Shown: positions 12,518 through 22,650 of the stretch, piece after piece | Position numbering within the stretch: position 1 is the first letter of the stretch | Layout of the letters: the number at the start of each line of letters is the position of its first letter | NCBI GenBank assembly: GCA_015680685.1 | Contig: MNCI01001745.1 | Location: 179,564-243,563 of the forward strand | Direction: 5' to 3' | Length of the DNA stretch: 64,000 nucleotides | Source of the DNA: Gnetum montanum | Taxonomy: Eukaryota > Plantae > Gnetophyta | The notes under the pieces: generated by a model | Database searches by the model: none | Seen by the model: only the letters and a program-made list of their open reading frames with translations | Told to the model about the DNA's origin: nothing | Made by a program: the position numbers and the translations under genes

Positions 12518-13915
12518 GCCACAGATCCAAGCGAGGGCTATGCTGGAAAAAATGAATCTGCGGCACCTTGAACGGTCTTGTCGATCATACAGGGACTTAC
12601 TAATCAGTAAACTGATGAATATTTCATGAAAACGATATGATTTGAGGAATTGTAAAACGAGGGGAAAACGATATAGATGGATTGCAACGGTGATAATGCT
12701 AAAAACGATAAAACGAGGTTGACATAAGAGAAGCATGTAGTTTCAAGATCTGCGCGTTGATTTGAAAAATGTATATTCTGTATGAGAAAATTACACTGGG
12801 GAATCCCCGATTACTGGATGTCAATCAAGCACAAAATAACAAGAAAAACAGTCCAAACAGAAGTCCGATCTACCTCGTGGGCTAAAGCCAGGATGCAAGG
12901 AAGGTCAAGCTCTGACGTCTACCAATCAATTGTTTCTGACCGATAGAGTCTTCCCAGCAGAACGATTACTCCTGTCGCTGATGCTCAAAGCGAACTGTGC
13001 TCTGTTTCTGCTGTAAGGTGATGTTGTCAACAATTGCCAAGGCGCTGCTCTCTATATCTCTGCTCCAAAAGTGATAAGTGCTCTGGTGCTCAGAAAAATG
13101 CCTTTGCTTCTCTAATTTTCCAACCTCTATATCTTTGTCAACTAGGGTATTTATAAGCTGCAACGCTCCGTGGAAAAGGCACAACCCTGATGACGTGTGT
13201 CCCGCATGTTTCGGGTACTGTTGACTTGATTAATTTTGCCTCAAACTTCCTGATTACGCACAACACGCTTGTTCGTGTATTGTGCGTGTGAAGAAGAGAC
13301 GCGCGTTGGGCATGTTTCAACTGTCTTGGGTTACATTACACTCATTCACGCTATGTTGCGTGTATGAGCGTAACGTAACATGGGAACAATGGAATTAAAG
13401 CCATTTTACGCTCGCTTACGCAGCCGCGCGTAATGAAGCGTAAACAATGTCTAGTTTGGCGACGCAATACACTGCGATATGCTCCATTGCGTGATGAGCG
13501 TATGATTGAGTAGTCGCATTGTCTTAGACTTTGCCTTTGACTATTCTGGAGCTTATTACGCTGCCGTGCGTAATAGAGCGTAAACCTGTCTTTGAACTAA
13601 AGACTTAGCAAAATACACAAGAAATCACATATCACGCTGCTTAAGCTTCTCCCGATGTTGAAGCAACTATCCTTCTGATGCCGGACTATGTTGAAACACC
13701 ATCACGCTAAACGCCATTACGCTTCGTTGTGTGATATAGCGTAAACAGAAAAAGCATAGAAAGATTAGGCATCTACATAAGAAGTCGAGGACTCGATGCT
13801 GTGCGCCTCTTGGTGTTGCTCTGTCTTATTCCCCCCCTGGAATGTTGAGATGCGCCCTTGCCTGAATTGCGAATCTTTGCCTTAGGCCAACTCGCGATTT
13901 TTTTATGATGTTTCA
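12518..13915 (-). repeat. 5' LTR of element B (inner end and PBS lost at the N join)
   Basis: Starts TGAAACA at 13915; TATAAATA at 13148-13155; U5-side TAAGTCCC..ATGATCGACAAGA (~12575-12600) matches LTR of D at ~54413-54435. Confidence 0.75.
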
Positions 13916-14927
13916 CCAAGGTGGTAGAAAGGGAGACAGAAAAAAATGCCAGCTAAATATGCTAACTATTTGTAGTGTCAAATGGAAATCTTACAATGCT
14001 CAATGCTCGATGTTATGATGCTTACTTTTTTGAACCTCTAGAGATATTCCAACCCTTTGAGCACTACTCATCAGGGTATTTATAGAGCTAAAGGGCACGT
14101 GAAAGAGGTGGTTTGGATGCCATGTGCCCTAGGCCCACGTTGACTTGCTAGCACCACATGTACCATGTATGACCATTGGACCTACAAGACCGTTGTAATG
14201 TGAGCCTGTTATGCCATAACTATGAGCCTGCCACGCTGTAATTGTGTCATCAGCATCTGGAGACGTGTGCCAACGGTCCAATTAGGTGAAGTGCATTGAT
14301 GTCACACAATCGCCCACATGCCATGCTGTGCTTTGTAGCATAGCATGCTTAGCATAACGTAGCATCTTGTCGTGCGTTCCACTACATGTGTGTTGCATGG
14401 TTGCTATGCTACGCTATGCTACGTAGCGTAGTGTAGCATAGCAACTGGCCTTAGTCTTGAAAGCTTTGCCGATTTGCAAATTTTACTTCCTACGATACAA
14501 GACTCGCAAACTTTGCTATTTCTGCCCTTTGAGCTTCCTTCTATCTCTTCCATAGGATTGCTACGCCTCGCTATGCCATGTAGCTCAGCATAGCGTAGCA
14601 GCAAACATGGTTCACTGCTTCCTGATGGAAAGGAACATTGTTGAAGGACCTGAAATTGGGCATGGGGATTGGCTGTGAAGCTGTTGCCATGATACGCTAC
14701 GTCACGTGGCATAGCGTAGCATAGCACTCCATTCTGCAATCGTCTTTTGAAGCTTGCTATGCTACATAGTGAAGCGTAGCATAGCGTAGTAGAGTTCGTG
14801 ACTTAGAAAACTTGTCAAACTACTTCGTGTATCCTGAATGCTGCTGCCAACTCCCTACACCATTTCTGAGTAGGTTGTTGATTGGGTAAGCTACTTGGGT
14901 GGACTTTGAATTTTTTAGGGTGTTTCA
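13916..14927 (-). repeat. 3' LTR of element C (U3/R part, interrupted by B)
   Basis: Begins TGAAACACC at 14927; TATAAATA at 14077-14084 in the same context as LTR B; many ATGCTACGCTATG units at 14330-14790. Confidence 0.78.
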
Positions 14928-14942
14928 TTGTTTCCTCTTTGT
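14928..14942 (-). other. Polypurine tract of element C
   Basis: ACAAAGAGGAAACAA immediately before the LTR; the same CAAAGAGGA and upstream sequence precede the D 3' LTR at ~52900-52965. Confidence 0.65.
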
Positions 14943-16155
14943 CGATGTTTGGAGAATGGGCTCGATAGACGTTGACAAAGAATACAAAACACCGCAGTAG
15001 GCACAATGCTGAGGTTATCACTTGGTGAGTGTCGAGACGTCGCTTGGCCACACTTGAGAGTGTTGCATTGGTTTTGCAGAGGTTAAGGCAGAGAGCAAAG
15101 ATGATGTTTAGCAGAGTCCCTCATCTGAATGCTCGTGAGGGACTCATTCACGTTTTCATATTTGGCTGGAATTGTTCTTCAACCCCTTGTAGGATAGGTG
15201 TTTCCTTCATAGGATGAGTTGCGTTACATCCGTGAAGGGTTTTGACCTACCTACAAATGCTTTCCATATGACGAGTTGTCTTATGCACGTCATGGAATTT
15301 TCACTCTATAGTAGCTAAGCTAGTCAAGGCACTCACTTCGCGACGCTGTAGCATTTGCTACTGTCGCAAGCTATGCCCATAGGGACAAAGTTCTTGCTAG
15401 CTACTAGCGTTATTGAAGCTATTGGGTATCGTTGCCAGTGTGTGATGTCCAAAGTAGGAAGGCCAGTAGCAGCCTTGGCAGCACCGGTGTGGAGGAGCTA
15501 GCCTTGAAGGTGTCGAGAGGTGCTGTGAGTGCGGATGCCTTGGAACCCATGCTGAGGGCACACATTCTCAGTTCAGCTAAGGGATCAGCTACTACATAGC
15601 TAAACATCATGCAAGCTGAGGCGTTGGCAAGGGGCTAGAGAGTAACAATATTGTGGCTGGGCCACAATACTACTGGAACTCTAGTTGGGGGAACTAGCCT
15701 AGGAACTACCATCAGGGTAATGGGCTGTGACGACAGTAGGCTTGGAGGGCCAGTATAATGTCATACGGCATCTTCAAAGGGTCAGCATGATGCCAAGGGT
15801 GGCGGAATTATGTGTGTCCTAGACCACATTCTCATTGCATCATGAACTGCGTTCTGGAGCTACGAAGTGCCACTCATATGTTAGCATCATGCATGCTTGT
15901 CTGATGCGTACTCGGCATAGGTGCACGCTGGGGATGTGACGTAAACCTAGTTTAAGGTCTTGGTAGATCATGTGCTGGTTTAAGGTTCCAACAGACTGTA
16001 CCTGCGAGTTTAACATCATAGCGAATGATTATCGCCAGTTTAACGTTGTAGCAGATGCTGCTCGATGCCACTAGTTTATCGTCATTGCGGATGCTACTTG
16101 GTGCCGTTGCTAGTTTGTCATCATAGTAGATAGTGCTTGTTGTTGCCGTTGTGCT

Positions 16156-19100
16156 TCAAATGTAGTACAGCTTGAGATACAAGTGATTCACCGGGTTGAC
16201 GAACTTGTTGCCTTCCATGTCCACTAGCTTAAAGGCTTAATTCCCGAAGGCTTTAGTGACCACGTAAGGACCTTCCCAGTTGGCTGAGAATTTGCTCACA
16301 TGCTCACAAAAGGCCTTGAGGATGAGGTCTCCCTTTTGTACTAGCTGTCGATGTAGGTCTGCACATTGCTTCTACTACTATTTTCTTTGGTAGTGCTCAA
16401 TGTGTCTCAGCGTCTGCGCGCACTCCTCCTCCACTGAGTCGAGGTCGATGGTTCATGACTCATTGTTCTGGGCTTCGCTCATGACATCTGCGAGGATCAT
16501 CCAGAGTAATGGTACCTGCAACTCAAGAGGAAATATAGCTTCAAATCCGTAAACAAGAATGCAAGGGATCTTACTTGTTGTGGTCTAGCATGTTGTTCGG
16601 TAGGCCCACAACACGTAGAGGATTTGCTCGTGCCACCACCTCTTGCTATTGCTAAGAATCCGCTTCAGTAAGTTGATGATGGACTTATTTGTAGCCTCCG
16701 CCTACCCGTTCACCTATGGATAATAAGGGGAAGAAAATGATTATTTAATGCCTAGATTGCTATAGAAGGTTTGGGTTTCCATATTGCTGAACTGTGACCC
16801 ATTGTCGGTCACAATAGTCATTGGAAGCCCAAACCTTGTTACAATATTTTCAAAGATGAAATGGCAGATTTGCTAAGACGTCATCTTCCTCATGGAAATA
16901 GCTTCCACCTACTTGGTAAAATACTTAGTGACGATGATAATGAAGCTATGCCCTGCAGAGGACTTAGGCGTGATAGGCCCTATGAGGTCTAATCCCCATC
17001 ATTGGAAGGGCCACATGATTTGCGTTGGGTGTAGGTCTATAGGCGAGACGTGTATGAGATTTCCGTATCTCTGGCACATGTCGCATGTCTTGACTTTTGA
17101 CAGGCAGTCATGTTCCATGTGGGGCCAGTAGTATCCTAGGAATTTGATTTTGGTAGTCATAGGCTTGGGTGTTATGTTTCCACTGCACATCCCCTCATGT
17201 ACTTCATTAACTACCTTCTGTGCTTGCTCGCCACCCACGCATGCTAGCAATATCCCATCGTAGGAATGTCAGCATAGGGCATTATTTCCCATGAGCATGT
17301 ATTGCCAGGCATGCTTCTGGATTGCATCTCTTTGGGTAGATGTCAATCCACCTGGGGGTTCACCATGCTATAGATAAGTTTTAATGTTGGCATACCACTC
17401 TAGGGTATCCGCAGCACTGACAGAAGCCACGTGTTCCACCTCAGTGATAGGCTCTACACATTCTATAATCATAGTTGGTAGGTTTTCCAAGGAATGTGAT
17501 AGAATTTTTAACGCAAGTGTAGCTAAGGCATCTACCATGGTGTTCTCATTGTGTGGCACGTGTTGCACATCTATGGTTGCAAATTGCTTAAGTAGGATTT
17601 TTGCTAGATCGCAGTACGGTTGCAGGTGTGTAGCTTTGTAGGCATAGACCTCAATGATTTGATTCATGACTAGTTATGAATCTCCTCAGATTGCTAGGTG
17701 TTGTATGCACAGTGCTCAGGTAGTTAAGAGGCCTCTGAGTAGCCCCTCATACTCTTCCATGCTATTGGTGCAAGGGAATGTAAATCGATAAGCAGATGGA
17801 TGCATTTCCCAGAGGGGAACGTGATTATGGCAGTGGTGCTACCTCCTCGCACGGTTGAGGCATCATTGAATTGTAAGGTGATTTTGAAAAGTAATGGGAC
17901 GATGTGGACATTGCTAACATATTCATCTGGGAATTTGGGGTCTATGGTTGCCTAGTCATTGACTGGTGAGGCTGTGAGTTGGGTCGCTATGGCTTGACCC
18001 TTTTTCGATGATTGACTTACATGGCGTAAATCAAACTCTGCGGTTATTGCCTTCAATCGGGCTATCCTGCTACTTTCATATAAGTTGTTAGTAATAGCTT
18101 GGAGTATATTACTTTTTCAAATGATGTTGGTTGTACTATGGAACAGGTAGTGCCACCACTTTTTTTAGTGCAAACACTAAGGCCAGGCAGTTCCTCTCCA
18201 CTTCATTGTATTTCTCCTCGTGCACTATTAGCGCATGACTCAGATAATACACTGGTATCTCAAAACTATTGCTTCATTTCTGACATAGTAGTGCCACAAC
18301 AGATGTGTCAAAGGTGGCGAGGTACATAAAGAAGGGTTTATCCCTTTGTGGCAGATGCACAGTTGGGAGGTGTGAGAGTTCCTTCTTTAGGTCGTCGAAG
18401 GCTTGTTGACACTAGGTTATCCATTCGAAGTTAACCCCCTTCTCTAGAAGATGTTGCATGGGGTGTAACTTGTTGTTCAACCTTGCTATAAAACTTCGAA
18501 TGAATTACACTCTACCTTGCAAACCACATAATTCCTTAAGGTTTTTGGGAGGCATTAGGCCTTGACTTTGTCAAGGTCCACTTGTATTCTAGCCTCCAAT
18601 ACTATGAACCCTAACATGCATCTAGTTTTCACCTCGAAGACTCACTTCTTAGGATTGATGCGTAAGTAATGCATCTGGCAACATTTGAGGACTACCTCTA
18701 GATCATGTGGGTGATCAGCTACCTCCTCGGATTTGACTGCTATATCATCCATGTATTCGTTTAATGTTTCTAGGATGTAGTCACTGAAAATGTAAGTCAT
18801 GGCTTGCTGGTAGGTTGCTCCATCATTCTTGAGCTTGAAGGACATCATGGTATAGCAGAAGGTCCCCCATGGGGTCATGAAGGTTGTTGATAGCTAGTGC
18901 CCTAGGTTAATGCAGATTTGGTTGTATCTAGAGAAATCATCCATGAAGGATAGCAGAGCATGGCCAGCCATGGTGTCGATGAGCTGATCAATGCTTGGAA
19001 GTAGAAAGTTATGCTTGATCGTTGCCTTGTTCAAGTCCCAAAAGTCTATACAGATCCGTATTCCTATCATTTTCTTTGAAACCATAATGACGTTGGACAC

Positions 19101-19664
19101 CCACTCTGAATAGTCAACTACATGGATGAAACATACTTGGTATAGCTTGGTGATTTCATCCTTCATGGCTAGTGCGATTTCTGGCTTAACTTTGTTAGCC
19201 TTCTGCTTAACTGCCTTCATGTGTGGGTCTAGGACGATGTTGTGCTGATTCAGCCATGGATCTAGACCCAGCATGTCATTGTACAACCATGCGAAGACAT
19301 CGATTTTGTCTTGCAGAATCTTGGCTATGCTTTTGTGTGTTTGTGTGTCTAGGAGGGAGTTGAGTCTTAACGTTTTCACCTCCCCCTTTGACGTGGTGAT
19401 GGGCATCTTGGTGAGAGGGTCCTTGGTTACATCCATGACCTCTAAGTCTAGGGCTTGGACCAGATTCTTGGGCCAGTCTGGGAATGCTTCTAAGGCTACT
19501 ATAGTACTAGTTGTGGTCAACCCCCAGTTGATCATGTCGAGGTTCAACTATCTCACGAGCTTGCCCTGTGGCCCTGCTAATGTTAAAGGTGTAGAAAGGT
19601 CACAATGGATTCCCATCTCTTGCTTGACCTACCATCATAAGATGAAAGCCTAGTTAAGAGGCAT
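16156..19664 (-). pseudogene. pol: pol: reverse transcriptase, RNase H, additional archaeal-type RNase H, integrase (Tat order), decayed
   Basis: RT: IRICIDFWDLNKA, SFMDDFSRYNQI, TPWGTFCY, YMDD (18642-19300); aRH: QFND, TNSMEEYEGL, HVPHNENTMVDALA (17500-17880); INT: HEGMCSG, CDMCQ, WPF, GPY-like (16156-17250). Confidence 0.92.
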
Positions 19665-19749
19665 CTTTTGGTAGAGATTGTGTGTAATGAAAATTTGCAA
19701 AGTAGCAATGAGATGCAACTTGCGAAGTGTGATGATGTAAAGATTGCAA

Positions 19750-20180
19750 GTTTGCTAGTTTAGGGACCGCCAAGGCACAAGAGTGTAGAACTGCTAAAGG
19801 TGTAAAACTGCTGATGTAAAGCATGAAGTTGTGTGATTGTCAATATGAAAATTCCCAAATTGCTAGTTTAATGTCATTTCAGACTGCAAAATTGTAACAT
19901 GCAAAAAAAGAATAATAGTATGCGAAATGGGAAATTGCAAGTATGAGAAGTGTCAAATCGTCAATGAGAAAGTATGAACTACTGACATGAAAACACAAAA
20001 TTGCTAGAAATTGTGAAACTACCCATGTGGAAGAAGATGCAAAAACCACTAATGTAAGCATGTGATGTTGTTAATTTAATGTCATTGCGGACCGCTAGGG
20101 GTGCAACTATGCTAGGATTGCTTAGTTTGATGTCTTTTCGGACTGGTCGTATTGTGATTGTCAAGATTACTAGTTTAAGG
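19750..20180. repeat. Degenerate (T)GCTAGTTTA repeats upstream of pol; a similar array lies downstream of INT at 15947-16140
   Basis: Recurrent ctagttta core, the reverse complement of the aaactag core of the post-protease arrays. Confidence 0.6.
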
Positions 20181-20329
20181 TATTTTTAGACCTTTAATCA
20201 AAAACAAATATTTTTTTTTGTTTTCGGGAAGGCAAGTAGCTGGCTTGAAGCATGCCAAGGCTTTAATGCTAATAGTGCTACGATGTCATGACAAGCATGC
20301 TACGCTATATGGCGCGCTCTGCATTAATC

Positions 20330-20395
20330 GGAGAGAGAGAGAGGCAAGGTTCCCCATTTTGTCATTACGGCCATAAATAGGGGTTAAACCCTAGA
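20330..20395 (+). promoter_or_regulatory. Putative promoter of the antisense gene (GA repeat, TATA-like box, telo-box-like AAACCCTAG)
   Basis: (GA)n at 20330-20344, CATAAATA at 20372-20379, AAACCCTAG at 20386-20394, upstream of the first recognisable exons. Confidence 0.5.
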
Positions 20396-21164
20396 AATTT
20401 TACCATTTTTATCGTAAGAGCATAGAGCCCACATCGGAGCACAAGGCAATTTTGGAGCATGAAGAAATTGTGTTAATCGACTAGTAAGCCAAGTTTTTAT
20501 AGCGAAAGGTGTAAATCTGCAAGCGGGACAATGGCTCCTATGACTCATTTGGTGCTTGCAAGGGTTGAGGAGGTGAAGAAGACCCAGGGACATGCACCAT
20601 AAGCACACGTTATGGCACAAAAGAGCACACTATTGACCCAGTAGGTTACTATGTCTCCTTCACTTTTTCATTTTGTGCTTTCTATTGTTCTCTGCTCTTG
20701 TTTTGCATCCATTCTTGGCTACCTGTGTTTTCTGTGGTCGCATCATTTTAGCCTTTGCATCGCTGCTATCACCATTTTGGTTGTGGCATATGCATAAACG
20801 TTACGTCGTGGTTGCATGCAAGGCCGCTGAAACCGCCACCACCTTTTTTTGTCATAACCGCGGGGGCTGGGGCAGTTTAAGTTGCTTGACCTTAGCATGC
20901 TGTAACGTAAAACCCTTGGGAGGGCCAGGCCATGTGTGATGCGGCAACGTGACATGTGTTTTATTAGAGCATGTTGTCAATTTTTTTGTTGATACACTAG
21001 GCTTATTCACATGTTCTTGCTATGCTAGGCTTTCACGCCCTTGCTACGCTATGTACAGGCAGAGGGTTATGCTACGCTATATATATGGATTGCTTAGATG
21101 TTGCTACGTTTCACGTGTATTACCTTTAAGTATGATGCTAACATTCACTGATTAAGTTGTGTAG

Positions 21165-21831
21165 GGTAGGGCCAAGCCCCAGGCTAATCATTTTGAAAAT
21201 TAGAGGGATCCTGTGCCATGTGAGCAGACCTGTGGCCAACGCCCCTCCTCCCCAGATACATATGGGAGAACGAGGGATCTGGTTCAGAGAAGGGGCATGG
21301 GACTTCTTGCAATTCCTTCTCAACCACTTTAGTGTGATCGCTTGGTCTTCCCTAGAGGAGGAGGAGGCATCTAGCATAATAGAATCCATGTTGCCTAGGG
21401 AAAGTTGGGGCATTCTGACATTTTTTACTAACCGGAAAATCATGAAAAGGTAAGGAGAGGGATCCAACCAATGCTCAATAGGGTTAAGGCATTTAGCCTA
21501 GATCTAGGACATGCCTAAATACAACTGTTATCACCATTACAACACATTGTTCCTCGCATGTTACATGGTAACATGCTTTCAGAACCCATAGGGGACTATC
21601 TATTGTGCTGGTGGGTGATTTTTGCAGTCTTGCTTCACTATGTTGTGCAATGTGGACCATATTGGCCAAATGCTAACAGTATGTGTTTGTTATTAGGTTC
21701 TTTATCAATGATGATGGGGTTTACAATTGATTGGGTCTGCTGGCTATAACACAACCTGCCCTACAGGAGTTCTCTTTTGCTAAGAACCTATGGGTGGGTG
21801 TGATTGGTCCGTGCGGGGGAGAATACCATAC
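21165..21831 (+). pseudogene. Antisense gene copy C, 5' exons: FCP1/NIF (HAD-fold CTD-phosphatase-like) domain
   Basis: RLIILKIRGILCH...WFREGAWDFLQFLLNHFSVIAWSS...YNTLFL...FQNP resembles the NIF pattern LLVLDLNGLL..RP..EFL....F.V..WSS..NTLL.D..NP; acceptor at 21164 with CTAAC branch site; intron 21615-21696. Confidence 0.65.
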
Positions 21832-22650
21832 TAATGAGTGGCGAGGTACCCCTACACTCAACCATATGAAACGAGCGTTGCACGCGCGATCCGGTCGAAC
21901 TCTGCAGATGGACCAGTTGTGGCATCTAGATTAGTTAGCCTTAGGTCGCATTTCGCTGTCTTCCCATCTAGACTAGTTTTGCATATGTCACGTATGGTTT
22001 AGTCTAGATGAGGTGTATGATGTGTTCCTAATTNNNNNNNNNNNNNNNNNNNNNNNNNNNNNNNNNNNNNNNNNNNNNNNNNNNNNNNNNNNNNNNNNNN
22101 NNNNNNNNNNNNNNNNNNNNNNNNNNNNNNNNNNNNNNNNNNNNNNNNNNNNNNNNNNNNNNNNNNNNNNNNNNNNNNNNNNNNNNNNNNNNNNNNNNNN
22201 NNNNNNNNNNNNNNNNNNNNNNNNNNNNNNNNNNNNNNNNNNNNNNNNNNNNNNNNNNNNNNNNNNNNNNNNNNNNNNNNNNNNNNNNNNNNNNNNNNNN
22301 NNNNNNNNNNNNNNNNNNNNNNNNNNNNNNNNNNNNNNNNNNNNNNNNNNNNNNNNNNNNNNNNNNNNNNNNNNNNNNNNNNNNNNNNNNNNNNNNNNNN
22401 NNNNNNNNNNNNATCACATTCACCACACTGCGGGCAGACACGGGAAAATTCTAACTCTGGAGGGATCAAACTGCCAGAGCTTTGCTACACTAAAACTGGG
22501 ATGTGAAATAAGGGAGAGCCGCCTCTTATTTATAGAAATGACGGCTGACTGCGATATCGCGTACGCGATATCGTAGGGAAGGATGTGATATCGCGTACGC
22601 GATATCGCGGGGGATGTGATATTACGGCCGATGCAGACCACGTCTCATCA
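21832..22650 (-). repeat. 3' LTR of element F (contains N gap 22034-22412)
   Basis: Both flanks of the gap match 29645-29846 and 30388-30642. Confidence 0.92.

Larger units (their letters stand above)
4656..13915 (-). mobile_element. Element B: 5' half of a younger, diverged member of the same Tat-type family (5' LTR, gag-PR, repeats, antisense gene), inserted into the 3' LTR of element C
   Basis: LTR outer end TGAAACATCAT at 13915 on minus strand; gag-PR 8409-12239; LTR-C sequence resumes at 13916. Confidence 0.8.

Noticed and set aside
12951-12975. PBS-like TTCCCAGCAGAAC followed by TG
   Set aside because: Poor match to a tRNA 3' end and located inside sequence that aligns to the LTR of D
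21999-22576. Long ORFs of 137-187 aa
   Set aside because: They are runs of X across the N gap in the F 3' LTR; the gap (379 N) is also shorter than the ~540 bp implied by the other LTR
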